DNA of 64,000 nucleotides from Pseudomonadota bacterium (GTDB taxonomy: Bacteria > Pseudomonadota > Gammaproteobacteria > Ga0077536): contig JABISZ010000099.1 of the NCBI GenBank assembly GCA_018668255.1, positions 1,918 to 65,917 on the forward strand. Direction: 5' to 3'. Position numbers and translations under genes: made by a program. Positions 38,318-49,001 of the stretch are shown here, piece after piece. Each line of letters begins with the position of its first letter. Position 1 is the first letter of the stretch. A model generated the notes under the pieces. That model was not told the origin of the DNA, did not search any database, and saw only the letters and a program-made list of their open reading frames with translations.

Positions 38318-39580
38318 ATGAAAAAAAAATTTTCTCAGTTCGGTTCTAGATTCTTGGGAGAGAGCGGAACTAAACTGTTGATGGATGACCTCGCCCAGGT
38401 CGCTGGAAGTAATGCTTTCATTAATCTTGGCGGGGGTAATCCAGCTCGTGTTCCAAAAATGGAGTCGGTTTTCGGTAATGCAATGCATGAGATTTTAGCT
38501 GGCCGTCAGTTTGAGGACATCGTCGGGGGTTATGACAGCCCTCAAGGTAATGAAAGTTTCTTGGAAATTGTCTGTGAATTTTTCTCTCGAAACTTCAGTT
38601 GGGATTTGACGACCGAGAACGTAGCAATTACGACCGGCAGTCAGTCTAGCTTCTTTATGCTCTTTAATTTGTTCGGTGGGATGTGTGTCGATGGCTTAGA
38701 GCGAGTAATACAATTGCCTTTGACTCCCGAATACATCGGGTATGGAGATTTGCTAATCAACCCAGATTGCTTGGTGTCAGACCGAGCCAAAATACGTGAA
38801 ATAGGTTCAAATTTTTTCAAGTACGAAGTAGATTTCGACCTGTTTCATATCCGTTCTAATGCTGGGGCTGTTTGCTTCAGTAGACCGACAAACCCTACTG
38901 GGAATGTGCTGTCGGACGAAGAAGTAAATCAATTGGTTACGCTAACGGGCGAAGCGGAGACCCCACTTATTATTGATAATGCTTACGGGAGCCCTTTCCC
39001 AAACATTGTTTCAGACGAAATTAAAATGCCCAAAGCCAGTCATGTGATTCATTGTTTTAGTCTATCGAAACTAGGCTTGGCTGGATTACGAACTGGTATT
39101 GTAGTGGCTCAACCGGAGACTATTACTGCGATTAAAAGTATTAATGCTGCAACATGTTTATCTATCAATGGCATCGGGGCGGCACTAATTGCTAAGTTAA
39201 TGGTTTCAAATGAAATTATTGGATTGTGCAATGAAGTTATTCGTCCGTTTTATGCCGAGAAATCGAGGCTTGCGATAGAAATTTTCCATAAATATTTGTC
39301 AGGCATCGATTATCGGATACATGTCTCTGAGGGGGCTTTTTTTCTCTGGCTCTGGTTTCCTGGATTAGCTATCTCGGATCAGGTGCTTTACAAAAGAATA
39401 AAAGAGAGAGGAGTTTTAATTATCCCAGGGAGTTTTTTCTTTCATGAGGATAACTGTTCATGGGAACATTCAAAGGAATGCATTAGGGTATCTTTTGCTC
39501 AAAGCGATGAAGCATTGGAGACCGGAATTAAGATTGTCAGTGAAGAAGTTAAACGTTGTATCAAATCGATTAGAACTTGA
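38318..39580 (+). CDS. avtA: valine--pyruvate aminotransferase (class I/II aminotransferase)
   Basis: The N-terminus MKKKFSQFGSRFLGESGTKLLMDDL...LGGGNPARVP... parallels E. coli AvtA (MTFSLFGDKFTRHSGITLLMEDL...MGGGNPAQIP); ...SLSKLGLAGLRTG... PLP-lysine region. Confidence 0.85.
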   Translation: MKKKFSQFGSRFLGESGTKLLMDDLAQVAGSNAFINLGGGNPARVPKMESVFGNAMHEILAGRQFEDIVGGYDSPQGNESFLEIVCEFFSRNFSWDLTTENVAITTGSQSSFFMLFNLFGGMCVDGLERVIQLPLTPEYIGYGDLLINPDCLVSDRAKIREIGSNFFKYEVDFDLFHIRSNAGAVCFSRPTNPTGNVLSDEEVNQLVTLTGEAETPLIIDNAYGSPFPNIVSDEIKMPKASHVIHCFSLSKLGLAGLRTGIVVAQPETITAIKSINAATCLSINGIGAALIAKLMVSNEIIGLCNEVIRPFYAEKSRLAIEIFHKYLSGIDYRIHVSEGAFFLWLWFPGLAISDQVLYKRIKERGVLIIPGSFFFHEDNCSWEHSKECIRVSFAQSDEALETGIKIVSEEVKRCIKSIRT

Positions 39581-39654
39581 AGCACTTGTAACCAGTTACC
39601 TATCAGAACTGGAGGTTGATTGAATTTTTAAACGATGAATTTTTTCCGACAGTT

Positions 39655-40632
39655 TCAACTGTAGAGCAGTGCAGTTACTTTATTGGTTACTTTTTCAAAC
39701 AGTGATGCCTTTCTCTCGACTTCTATTTTGTACACATCCCGACTTTTTACAGCATCTAAAATGAGATCGTCACTTGTAGACACTTTGTCTATAAGACCAA
39801 GCTCTAAGGCAGTAGATCCAAACCAATGCTCACCAGTTGCTACTTTCTCCATGTCAAGAAGAGGTCTAGACGCCCCCACGAATTGTTTAAATAACTCATG
39901 CGCTTCATTTATTTCAGATTGAAATTTTTCACGGGCGATATCAGTGTTGTTGCCAAACATAGTGAGTGTCCGTTTGAAATCTCCCGCTGTGATTTGTTCG
40001 AAATCTATATTTTTATCCTTTAACAGGCGATGAAAATTTGGGAGCTGAGCGACAACGCCAATTGAGCCAATTATTGCGAAAGGGGCTGCGATTAGTTCAT
40101 CAGCTACGCAGGCCATCATGTACCCTCCGCTTGCAGCAATACTGTCGACAGAAATTTTTAACTGTATGTTTTTCTCTTTTATTCGATTTAGCTGCGAAGC
40201 AGCAAGTCCGTACCCATGAATCGTACCGCCTCCGCTTTCCAATACAAGTAGAACCTCATCATCGGGTTTGGCCACAGAAAGTATCATAGTGATTTCTTCT
40301 CTTAACTGACTGACACCACTAGCTTTAATGTCTCCTGTGAACGAACAAAGAAACGTCTTGGGTTTGGTCTCTTTTTTAGCATTAGTCTTTTCTTGTTTTT
40401 GCGCGGCTTTTATTTTCTTTTTATAGTCTTTCTCACTCAAGAAAACCGTATCAAAATGACGTATTGTTTGCTCTATTTTCTCATTAACATGTCGGATAAC
40501 GACGGTAGGTTCCTGACTTTTTTTATTATTTTTACGTCCAGCTAAGAGTATTAGAAAAGGAATAGTAATGACGATGACTACGGTGATGGTTTTTGCGGCA
40601 AATAAAGCGTAATTTATCAATAGTTCTAGCAT
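39655..40632 (-). CDS. sohB: S49 family peptidase SohB (SppA 36K type)
   Basis: N-terminal TM helix, then the ...LLVLESGGGTIHGYGLAASQL... and ...ASGGYMMACVAD... ClpP/crotonase-fold SppA motifs. Confidence 0.85.
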   Translation of the reverse strand: MLELLINYALFAAKTITVVIVITIPFLILLAGRKNNKKSQEPTVVIRHVNEKIEQTIRHFDTVFLSEKDYKKKIKAAQKQEKTNAKKETKPKTFLCSFTGDIKASGVSQLREEITMILSVAKPDDEVLLVLESGGGTIHGYGLAASQLNRIKEKNIQLKISVDSIAASGGYMMACVADELIAAPFAIIGSIGVVAQLPNFHRLLKDKNIDFEQITAGDFKRTLTMFGNNTDIAREKFQSEINEAHELFKQFVGASRPLLDMEKVATGEHWFGSTALELGLIDKVSTSDDLILDAVKSRDVYKIEVERKASLFEKVTNKVTALLYS

Positions 40633-40687
40633 TTTATTCCTCTCGATACCTGATATTCATAAGACAAAGTAAGATAGCGCAAAAAAA

Positions 40688-41452
40688 TTAAATCGTGCTG
40701 AAAAACAGCAAGTTGATGATCATCGCTGCAATACAGGCCTGAAAGATCATACGAATTCTCTTTTCACTTTTCTCTACTGCGATCTTCGCCCCAAGCCAAC
40801 CACCCACAGAGGCACCAACTGCCAGTATCAAGCCTGCTACCCAAGCGATTTCGTGGTAGCAGGAAAAAATGATAATAGCAAAGAGAGTATAGGGGATGAC
40901 CATTATCATCTTGTGCATGTTTGTGTATTTTAAGTTAAGTCCACCTACGCGAGTTAAGACTGCCATAATAAGTAGACCTATGCCGATATGGATTACTCCA
41001 CCATAAAAGCCAATTAAACCAGTCAAGGAATAAACGACGGCCGGATTTTTGAGTCGAGTCTTGTCAGCCGAGTTTTGTGGCGATTGATTGGGGTGACTTT
41101 CCATATCCATTGTTACTAAAACAAAAAGCATTACGGATGCCAGTAGACGATTAAACCAGACTCCTTCAATTAAGGTGCCCCAGTAGGCTCCGATTAATCC
41201 TCCAGGTAGGAGAGCTAGAGCGAGCAAACCACTTTCTTTAAAGCTGTGTACTTCAGTTTTGGCAAATCTCGCGGTAGAGGCTACAGACTGAATCAAAACC
41301 CCTAATCGATTAGTCCCATTTGCCGAGGCGCCATCTAGCCCGACCCACATTAAAGCCGGTATGGACAAGAGAGAACCACCACCAGCTATGACGTTAATGA
41401 ATCCCGCAGCTACTCCGGCCACTACTAAGATGAAAGCCTCAGCTACTAACAT
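40688..41452 (-). CDS. sulfite exporter TauE/SafE family membrane protein
   Basis: 254 aa. Duplicated 4-TM halves with ...GGGSLLSIPALMWVGL... and ...GIGLLIMAVL... typical of TauE/SafE (DUF81). Confidence 0.75.
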   Translation of the reverse strand: MLVAEAFILVVAGVAAGFINVIAGGGSLLSIPALMWVGLDGASANGTNRLGVLIQSVASTARFAKTEVHSFKESGLLALALLPGGLIGAYWGTLIEGVWFNRLLASVMLFVLVTMDMESHPNQSPQNSADKTRLKNPAVVYSLTGLIGFYGGVIHIGIGLLIMAVLTRVGGLNLKYTNMHKMIMVIPYTLFAIIIFSCYHEIAWVAGLILAVGASVGGWLGAKIAVEKSEKRIRMIFQACIAAMIINLLFFSTI

Positions 41453-41574
41453 ACCTTTAATGCAGCCATCAGGGACGCATGCTCCTCACAAAATCTACTT
41501 TCTGTTACTAACGCCAAACATTTTTATTGTATCTCTCTTCATAAGAAGCCTGCAATAAATGCTATACTGTTGGA

Positions 41575-41931
41575 ATGGAAATGTTCGTAAAGTTTGACTT
41601 CGCCGCCAGCCGGTCTCTGCCGCTTTTACCCGAGATCCATCCTTGCAGTCGGGTACATGGGCACACTTTTAATGTGAGCTTGACCCTGTTGGGTGAGATA
41701 GAGGCGGCTACGGGCTTTATGATTGATTTCGGGGACGTTGAGATCGCTATAGAAGCAGTGAAGAAGAAAGTTGATCATTACTACCTTAATGATATCGAAG
41801 GCTTGGAGAATCCCACCACTGAAATTATAGCGGAGTGGTTATGGACCAAGTTCATTAGCAGTCTTCCTCAGCTAACCAGAATTACGGTGCAAGAGCATCG
41901 AGACAGAGGGGTCACTTATTCGGGGAAATAG
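41575..41931 (+). CDS. queD: 6-carboxy-5,6,7,8-tetrahydropterin synthase (6-pyruvoyl-tetrahydropterin synthase family)
   Basis: 118 aa. CSRVHGHTF (Cx3HGH zinc/catalytic motif), ...HYYLND... Stand-alone gene; queC and queE are not adjacent. Confidence 0.8.
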   Translation: MEMFVKFDFAASRSLPLLPEIHPCSRVHGHTFNVSLTLLGEIEAATGFMIDFGDVEIAIEAVKKKVDHYYLNDIEGLENPTTEIIAEWLWTKFISSLPQLTRITVQEHRDRGVTYSGK

Positions 41932-41978
41932 GGGACTCTGAGACCACAGAGATTATTCCTTACTATAAGTCGATTTGG

Positions 41979-42797
41979 TTAGTTAGGCATTGGGTGCCAG
42001 CCGGCATCAGCCCAAAGCTGTCCGCTGACTGCAGAGTTACGAATTAAAAATGAGATTGCGTCTGCGATTTCTTCTGGTCGAATAAGACGTTTTATTTGTG
42101 TCGCCGGCAATATTTCATTGTTAATGTAGTCCTCGCCCAGTGCCCGAACCATAGGGGTGTCGGTAAACCCGGGATGTAGCACCGCGCAGCGAATGCCATA
42201 GAATATCGCTTCTTTAGTCAGTGTAGAGGCCGCGCCTTCAAGGCCAACTTTTGTAGAGGCGTAAGCAATTTGCCCTTTATTACCTTGTGAGGAGACTGAA
42301 CCGATAAAGATAACAACTCCCTGAGTCCCTTCCATGGGATCCCATTTTTTCAAACCTTTGCTAAACCTGCTCTCTGCTAGCTGAGCTACCATTTCCATAG
42401 CCCAATAGGTTGGCGCGATCAAATTAACTTCAACTACTTGACGGAAATTTTCAATGGGATAAATATTGGCGGTCCCTTTCTCTTTGTTTAGTCGAACGGC
42501 TAAGGCATCTCGAGTTATCCCCGCTGCGGGCACGCAAATATTTACAGGTCCGTGTTGCGTCCGCATAGTCTCAAAAACACGTTTTCTGAACTCTGGGTCG
42601 GTGGTATCTCCTTGAAAGCCTATTGCGACAGTTTTGCCTCTTAATTTATTGATTTCGTACGCAAGCTCGAGCACGGCGTCAGATAGGTCGACTAATGCGA
42701 GCACCTTGATTTTTTGCTTTTGCAGCTCTATAGCTGCAGCGCGCCCGATTCCACTAGCTGCACCAGTAATCACGCCTACCTTACCTTCAATGTCCAT
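41979..42797 (-). CDS. SDR family oxidoreductase
   Basis: VGVITGAASGIGRAAA, ...YASTK... catalytic Tyr-x3-Lys. Confidence 0.8.
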   Translation of the reverse strand: MDIEGKVGVITGAASGIGRAAAIELQKQKIKVLALVDLSDAVLELAYEINKLRGKTVAIGFQGDTTDPEFRKRVFETMRTQHGPVNICVPAAGITRDALAVRLNKEKGTANIYPIENFRQVVEVNLIAPTYWAMEMVAQLAESRFSKGLKKWDPMEGTQGVVIFIGSVSSQGNKGQIAYASTKVGLEGAASTLTKEAIFYGIRCAVLHPGFTDTPMVRALGEDYINNEILPATQIKRLIRPEEIADAISFLIRNSAVSGQLWADAGWHPMPN

Positions 42798-42881
42798 AGA
42801 AAACCCTAATTAGAAATATGAGTTGGGGCATTATAAGCACTAGTTTGTGCGGTGCAATATTTCAATTCGATTCGGGGCCGA

Positions 42882-44129
42882 TTAAGCATCCGATTTATCA
42901 GAAAAATTCGTTCCACCAGCTTTATATGCGGGGTAGGCGGCAGCTAAGACAGTGATACAGATCGTCGATAGCCCAATTATGCTGAGATCGGTAATTTTTA
43001 TTAAGTGCGGTAAGTGATCTATGAGATAGACTTCTGGATCAATAAGAGGGAAACCTGTTGCTTGTTCTATAAGTGAGACAAGCGCCTGTGTATTTTTGAC
43101 AATCAAAACACCAAGTGGAATGCCAATGAAGCACCCTAAGAAGCCGATTACCAAACCCTGTATCAGAAATATTTTTACTATAACTGACTTGGTTGCTCCG
43201 ATGGTTTTTAGCAAGACAATAGATGTCGAGTTTCGTTTAACTAGGATCAACATGTTTATAGTCGCACTAGAGCCAGCTATGGCGATTACCATAAGAAGAA
43301 TTATAAACATTAATTTTTTTTGAGAACTTAAAGCGAGAAAGAAATTCTTATTGTATTGCCTCCAATCAACGGCATGAATATTTTCCAATACTAGCGCATT
43401 GATAGCGGCGCTAACTTTGGGAGCTGCTAAAGGGTCATCGAGCTGCACTTTAGCGCCTGTTATTGAATGGCCAACATTAAATAGATTTTGTGCCGTCGTT
43501 AGAGTGGTGATCACTAATCTGTGGTCGTACTGTGACATGCCTGTTCTGAATATACCTACTACTTTGAGCAATTGATATTCGGGACCGGAGAAGTTGCCTT
43601 CCTGATTCCAGCGGGGTGTAATTAAAGTGACAAGTTGTGTTGTGGACACTCCAAGTTTTTCTGCAAGTTTTTCGCCTATTACTACAGCTGGAATTGGACT
43701 TTCCGTGAGTAAGGTATCAGTAAGAGCAATATAATTTCCGATATTAGTTACCCTCTGTTCGATCTCAGGAACGACGCCTTCTACAGAGACTGAGATGACA
43801 ACATCGCGACTACTAATCATGGCTCCAGAGCGCACGTAGGGGCTAAATCCGGCTATTTCATACTTAGATAGTACATTACCGAGTTCATTCTCCCAGTCGT
43901 TTGAGCTATTACGGTCAAAAACTAGATTAATATGCCCACTCATCCCTAGCACTTGATCTCGTACGTCTCTTTCAAAGCCATTCATTGTGGAGAGAGTGAC
44001 GACTAACGCAATCACGCCTATGGCTACGCCAACTAATGAGACTAATAGTCCAATAGAGCGAGCCACTGCTTGAGACGGCCGAAGCAATCTTATAGCAATA
44101 AATAAAGATACTTTGTTGTTAGCAAACAC
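42882..44129 (-). CDS. LolC/LolE-family lipoprotein-releasing ABC transporter permease (FtsX-like)
   Basis: 415 aa. N-terminal TM ...LSTMNGFERDVRDQVLGMSGHINL..., large periplasmic loop, C-terminal 3-TM FtsX domain. Parallels E. coli LolE. No adjacent ATPase gene. Confidence 0.75.
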   Translation of the reverse strand: MFANNKVSLFIAIRLLRPSQAVARSIGLLVSLVGVAIGVIALVVTLSTMNGFERDVRDQVLGMSGHINLVFDRNSSNDWENELGNVLSKYEIAGFSPYVRSGAMISSRDVVISVSVEGVVPEIEQRVTNIGNYIALTDTLLTESPIPAVVIGEKLAEKLGVSTTQLVTLITPRWNQEGNFSGPEYQLLKVVGIFRTGMSQYDHRLVITTLTTAQNLFNVGHSITGAKVQLDDPLAAPKVSAAINALVLENIHAVDWRQYNKNFFLALSSQKKLMFIILLMVIAIAGSSATINMLILVKRNSTSIVLLKTIGATKSVIVKIFLIQGLVIGFLGCFIGIPLGVLIVKNTQALVSLIEQATGFPLIDPEVYLIDHLPHLIKITDLSIIGLSTICITVLAAAYPAYKAGGTNFSDKSDA

Positions 44130-44167
44130 TTTATTTTGGGCACGTGCGGAGAAGCGCTTTCATATAA

Positions 44168-44530
44168 CTATCCGTCGTACACCGCATATTGCTCTAATTC
44201 ACTCAGTGACACCTCCTCCAAGACTGATTCGTGAGTTGCTCGCACATGTACTTTAGCAATGATACCGGCATCTTTTGCTTCTATCCATCGTGAAAGACAA
44301 ACGCACCACCGGTCATCTGGAAGTAATCCTGGGAAACCTATAGCTAGCTGAGGAGTTATCAGATCGTTTCCTCTTTCTCGGGAAAAGAGGAGGAACTCTT
44401 TTGTCATTTCAACACATATTGTGTGCTGTCCCACATCGTCTGAACAGGTATTGCAGGTGCCGTCTCTATCAAACCCGGTTAGTGGGTCCAATGAGCAAGA
44501 TTCTAAAGGCTTTTTATAAATGTTGAGCAT
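44168..44530 (-). CDS. DUF2237 family protein
   Basis: 120 aa. ...PLESCSLDPLTGFDRDGTCNTCSDDVGQHTICVEMTKEFLLFSRERGNDL... matches the conserved Cys-rich DUF2237 core. Confidence 0.65.
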   Translation of the reverse strand: MLNIYKKPLESCSLDPLTGFDRDGTCNTCSDDVGQHTICVEMTKEFLLFSRERGNDLITPQLAIGFPGLLPDDRWCVCLSRWIEAKDAGIIAKVHVRATHESVLEEVSLSELEQYAVYDG

Positions 44531-44694
44531 GAAAATCCTCGATTTCGTGGCGTTAAGCGTTAGACTTACATCGGCGAATAGATTATGTGATAACCGTCAA
44601 CGTAATGTTAGACTTTATTATAAATTCAATGAAGTTTTTTTGTATTAAATTCTCGCGCTAGTTAGAGATCATATATTTGTTAGGAGTAAAATAG

Positions 44695-45324
44695 ATGTTA
44701 AATGAGTATGTTACGCCCCAAGGATTTCCCGCTGGTAAAAAGAAAGGACTAAGTCTAAGTGGTGTTCATCAAGTTCTCGGTACCACGATCTTGGCGCCGT
44801 ACCCTGATAATTTAGAAATATTAGTAGTGGGCATGGGGTGTTTCTGGGGAATAGAGAGAAAATTCTGGTCCCAAAGTGGCGTTTTCACAACCGCTGTAGG
44901 TTACGCAGGTGGGATGACTGAAAACCCCTCCTACGAAGAGGTGTGCAGTGGAGCGACCGGTCACTCTGAGGTCGTCCTAGTTGTATTCTCGCCTAAGCAA
45001 TGTCCATTTGAGAAGCTGTTGAGTATTTTTTGGGAAGAGCACGATCCCACGCAAGGTATGCGACAGGGAAATGATAACGGCTCGCAATATCGCTCCGCAA
45101 TTTATTGCAATTCGGATAAGCAATTGGATATAGCTATGAAATCAGCTAGCTCTTACCAAAATGCTCTTCGTTCAGGCGGACTATCTGAAATCACTACTGA
45201 GATAAGAATCGAGAAAACTTTCTACTTTGCAGAAGAATATCATCAACAGTATTTACACAAAAACCCAAATGGCTACTGTGCTATGCGAGGAACAGGAATC
45301 CCTTACTCAAATGATATGCAGTAG
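44695..45324 (+). CDS. msrA: peptide-methionine (S)-S-oxide reductase
   Basis: ...[10 protein letters not shown]... active-site GCFWG, ...HDPTQ...[14 protein letters not shown]... Confidence 0.9.
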   Translation: MLNEYVTPQGFPAGKKKGLSLSGVHQVLGTTILAPYPDNLEILVVGMGCFWGIERKFWSQSGVFTTAVGYAGGMTENPSYEEVCSGATGHSEVVLVVFSPKQCPFEKLLSIFWEEHDPTQGMRQGNDNGSQYRSAIYCNSDKQLDIAMKSASSYQNALRSGGLSEITTEIRIEKTFYFAEEYHQQYLHKNPNGYCAMRGTGIPYSNDMQ

Positions 45325-45351
45325 AGTTAACTACCAAGAAATGAGAGAAGC

Positions 45352-46104
45352 ATGATTCAAAAATGGGACCCAAAATCCTACGCGAAAGATGCAGCTTTCG
45401 TCTCGATCTACGGGGAGGAATTGATAACGTTATTAGCTCCTATACCTGGCGATAAAGTGATGGATTTGGGATGTGGTGATGGGTTCCTGACGGAGAAAAT
45501 GGCTGAAATAGGCTGTGTCGTCACCGGTGTAGATGCAAGTGCCGCGCAGGTTGGTGCAACAAAAGAAAGAGGTATTAAGGCTGTTGTGGGGAATGGGGAG
45601 TCTTTAGGTTTGTTGGATGAATTTGATGGTATAATAAGTAATGCGGCTTTGCACTGGATGCGGCGGCCAGAAAAAGTTATCGCTAACGTCTGGCTGAACC
45701 TAAAACCAGGTGGCGTTTTTGTTGGGGAAATGGGAGCTAAAGGAAACGTTTCTAGTGTTGTAGAGACTCTATCTTCTCTTTTGGAGAGAAGGGGGCATGA
45801 TTCTAAACTCCACAACCCTTGGTACTTTCCAACAGAGGAAGAGTACAGCGAATTACTCATGGCTCAAGGGTTCAATATTAATACTACCTCTACGTTCTCA
45901 AGACCCACCAAGATTAAAGGTGACTTAGTGTCCTGGCTTCGCATTTTCGCGCAGAGTTTTGTAGCTCCTATCGAAGAAAAAGAACGAGATTTTTTTTATA
46001 AAGAAGCAGAGACGGCACTGCGACCTTACTTATATTCTGAAAAGAACGGCTGGATAGTGGATTATGTCAGGCTACGCTTCAAAGTATATCGTCCGACTAG
46101 TTAA
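45352..46104 (+). CDS. class I SAM-dependent methyltransferase (trans-aconitate methyltransferase-like)
   Basis: ...VMDLGCGDGFLTEKMAE... SAM motif I; overall resemblance to the Tam family. Confidence 0.7.
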   Translation: MIQKWDPKSYAKDAAFVSIYGEELITLLAPIPGDKVMDLGCGDGFLTEKMAEIGCVVTGVDASAAQVGATKERGIKAVVGNGESLGLLDEFDGIISNAALHWMRRPEKVIANVWLNLKPGGVFVGEMGAKGNVSSVVETLSSLLERRGHDSKLHNPWYFPTEEEYSELLMAQGFNINTTSTFSRPTKIKGDLVSWLRIFAQSFVAPIEEKERDFFYKEAETALRPYLYSEKNGWIVDYVRLRFKVYRPTS

Positions 46105-46115
46105 GGAGAATTTTC

Positions 46116-46877
46116 GTGGCATACCTAAATTATGAAAAGAAGACTGTAAATGGCGGTTTAGTGGTCTTTGCTCGGTTTGAAGGAGCTACAGAGCTTAATT
46201 TAATAGATCAAAAAATCTCAGAGGAATGCAAGAAAACGTTTGAAGAAATTTTAGCTCTTGAAGGTCTCAGGTGTGTTTTTCTTTCTGGCGCTTCAGGGAA
46301 GTCGTTCATTGGCGGAGCAGATTTAAAGTCTCTCCGGTCCTTAACTACGGGGTCTGCTAGCGGTTTTATAAAGTCGATCCATGAGCTTTGCCATGTGATT
46401 CGAACGGCGAAAGTACCAGTGATAGCTGTAATGTCAGGGTTGTGCCTGGGAGCTGGTTTGGAGATTGCGGTTTCTTGCGACTTTAGAATAGCTGACGATA
46501 GTATTCGTTGCGGCATGCCTGAAGTTAGAGTGGGAGTGCCATCAGTGGTGGAGGCAGCTCTATTGCCCGGTATTGTAGGATGGGGGAAAGCGCGTGAATT
46601 GATGCTGCGTGGAAATATCATACTTGCTAAGGAGGCCTTGGCGATAGGTTTGGTCGAACACGTTGTAAACGGAAGAGAACGGGCTGTTTTGATTGACTTG
46701 GTGGCCTCAGAGATATTGCAATGTGGTCCGGAAGCGATAGCAAGCCAGAAAACATTATTCCTGAAATGGGAGAACGAAGCGATTGATGATGCGATTGAGA
46801 TGGGAGTTGATTCTTTTATAGCAGCATATAAGACAACTGAGCCAAAAGAAATGATTAAAAAATTTTTTGATAGGTAA
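46116..46877 (+). CDS. enoyl-CoA hydratase/isomerase (crotonase) family protein
   Basis: GTG start with AAGGAGAA RBS. ...FLSGASGKSFIGGADLKSL... oxyanion-hole region; ...GLCLGAGLEIAVSCDFRIA... Confidence 0.8.
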   Translation: MAYLNYEKKTVNGGLVVFARFEGATELNLIDQKISEECKKTFEEILALEGLRCVFLSGASGKSFIGGADLKSLRSLTTGSASGFIKSIHELCHVIRTAKVPVIAVMSGLCLGAGLEIAVSCDFRIADDSIRCGMPEVRVGVPSVVEAALLPGIVGWGKARELMLRGNIILAKEALAIGLVEHVVNGRERAVLIDLVASEILQCGPEAIASQKTLFLKWENEAIDDAIEMGVDSFIAAYKTTEPKEMIKKFFDR

Positions 46878-46907
46878 AATAGGCTCCGCTATTTTACTAG
46901 AGAAGCG

Positions 46908-49001
46908 TTACTTGTGAGCCTGAGCCCAATCATTAACGACGGCAGCAGCTTCGTTTAACAATACATCAAACTCTTCCGAATACTTTTCGATTTCGTCATT
47001 GGGTTCCTTTGATGTATTCTCCGCTATTGATTCAAAATCAGTGGTTAAGGGCTCTCTACCTTGAAAGACTCGAATTTTGTTTTCGAGTAAACGTCGGTTA
47101 AGGCGGCCCTCAGAATAACGTGTGTCTCGAACCGACTCCATGAGGGATACTATTTTGTCGTTTCGAGTCTCCTCAATAAGTTTTTCGATAGCTATTAAAC
47201 TTTGAAATGCTTTGTTAGTTTTTACCCTTTCACTATGAAGGTCAGACATTTTCTTTAACCGTAGGTCATTTTGTTGCATTGGTAAGTATGTGGCAGGTTT
47301 GATAGCTTCCCATGCTAAGGCATTATCCAGTGATCGCTCGCCGTATTTTTTCGATGAAAAAGGAATAGGAAATATCACGTCTGGGATTACTCCTCGGTGC
47401 TGAGTACTCTCTCCGTTAACTCTAAAAAACTTTGCGATAGTTGTTTTCAATTCTCCAAGCTTTCCTTTCATCGATTTATCGAAGCCATTTAAATCTACCA
47501 GGTTTTGAACGGTTCCTTTTCCAAAAGTAGCTTCACCTATTAGGACTGCTCGATTGTAGTCTTGCATTGCTCCGGCAAATATTTCAGATGCTGAAGCACT
47601 ATGTCTGTCGACCAAAACTCCCAAAGGCCCTTTGAAAATAAAGCCTTGCTTGTCATCTTTTTCGGCACTAATACGACCGCGAGAATCTTTGACTTGGACC
47701 ACTGGCCCGTAATCTATGAACAATCCAGTCAATGCAGTAGCTTCCGAAAGTGAACCTCCGCCATTAGACCTGAGATCTATCAGAATCCCCTCCACTTCGG
47801 CCTTAACGAGCTCCGTTATTAATTCCTGCACATCTCTAGTAGTGCTTCTATAGTTCTTCACACCTCTGCTACGCGCATCAAAATCCAAATAGAAAGTAGG
47901 AATTGTAATGACACCTATTTTGGACGTTACGCCTTTATTATTTATGTTTAATACCGATTGCTTTGCAGCCTGGTCTTCTAATTTAATGGTGTCTCGAGTT
48001 ATCGAAACGACATCAGTTGGTGCGCCGACAGAGCTACCTTTCCGCAATACCTCAAGCCGCACCAAAGATTGCTTAGGGCCTCTTATGAGATCAACGACAT
48101 CATCAAGACGCCACCCCACAACATCTACAATCGGTCCACTTTCGCCTTGACCTATTCCAACAATGCGATCGGAAGGAAATAATGCTTCGGTTAAGTCTGC
48201 TGGACCTCCAGTAACAATTTCTTTGATTAAAGTAAGCTCGTTTTCACTCTGGAGGATGGCACCAATCCCTTCAAGAGACAGACTCATTCGTATTCTAAAA
48301 TTTTCAGATTGTCTAGGTGAAAAATACGTGCTGTGAGGGTCAACACTTCTAGTGAAGGAATTGATGACAGTTTGAAAAACATCGTCACTAGTGAGCTGTT
48401 TTGCTCTACGAAGTGCGCCTTTGTAACGGGTTTGCAACTTAGACTTGATCTCATCCGGACCTTTCCCCGCAAGTCGTAAAGAAAGAACGTCATTTTTGAC
48501 TTTCTTTCTCCATATATTATTTAATTGCACGACGTTTGTAGCCCAATTTTCTTCTGACCTGTCGATAATTAAGGATTCATCACTTTTGAATTCAAAAGTA
48601 TTGTCAAGTTGACTTAAACTAAACGAGATCCTGTTTTCTAATCGTTTTCTGAATGTTTTGAAAATATTGAACATAGGGTCTAAATCTGGCTTCTTCAAGT
48701 AGTCGTCTACTAAATGCTTGTGAAGGCTAAAACTGTCAATATCTGTTTTGAGAAAATGAGTCCTTTGTGGGTCTAACATTTTGATGTACTGGTCTAAAAT
48801 TTTTTCAGATAGCTTGTCATTTAATAGGGTCTTTTCATAATGATAATTACCGAGAACATACGTTACTATTTTTGATGCTCGCCCGTGCTCGAGAGAAGAC
48901 CGTAAGGACTCCTCTGCTACTATTGGAGCTTCGGCTAAGGTAGCATTAGAAAAGCTCAATAATGCTAATGAGAGGAATCCTATGGCTGATTTTTTTTTCA
49001 T
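46908..49001 (-). CDS. prc: carboxy-terminal processing protease (S41 family, tail-specific protease)
   Basis: 697 aa with a signal peptide, PDZ region, and S41 catalytic domain (...DLRSNGGGSLSEA... Ser, ...GPLGVLVDRHSASASEIFAG... Lys region). Confidence 0.85.
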   Translation of the reverse strand: MKKKSAIGFLSLALLSFSNATLAEAPIVAEESLRSSLEHGRASKIVTYVLGNYHYEKTLLNDKLSEKILDQYIKMLDPQRTHFLKTDIDSFSLHKHLVDDYLKKPDLDPMFNIFKTFRKRLENRISFSLSQLDNTFEFKSDESLIIDRSEENWATNVVQLNNIWRKKVKNDVLSLRLAGKGPDEIKSKLQTRYKGALRRAKQLTSDDVFQTVINSFTRSVDPHSTYFSPRQSENFRIRMSLSLEGIGAILQSENELTLIKEIVTGGPADLTEALFPSDRIVGIGQGESGPIVDVVGWRLDDVVDLIRGPKQSLVRLEVLRKGSSVGAPTDVVSITRDTIKLEDQAAKQSVLNINNKGVTSKIGVITIPTFYLDFDARSRGVKNYRSTTRDVQELITELVKAEVEGILIDLRSNGGGSLSEATALTGLFIDYGPVVQVKDSRGRISAEKDDKQGFIFKGPLGVLVDRHSASASEIFAGAMQDYNRAVLIGEATFGKGTVQNLVDLNGFDKSMKGKLGELKTTIAKFFRVNGESTQHRGVIPDVIFPIPFSSKKYGERSLDNALAWEAIKPATYLPMQQNDLRLKKMSDLHSERVKTNKAFQSLIAIEKLIEETRNDKIVSLMESVRDTRYSEGRLNRRLLENKIRVFQGREPLTTDFESIAENTSKEPNDEIEKYSEEFDVLLNEAAAVVNDWAQAHK

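Noticed and set aside
41453-41574. preQ1 riboswitch upstream of queD
   Set aside because: No convincing preQ1-I or preQ1-II aptamer-like hairpin plus A-rich tail was recognisable in the 122-nt leader. A covariance-model search would be needed to rule it out entirely.
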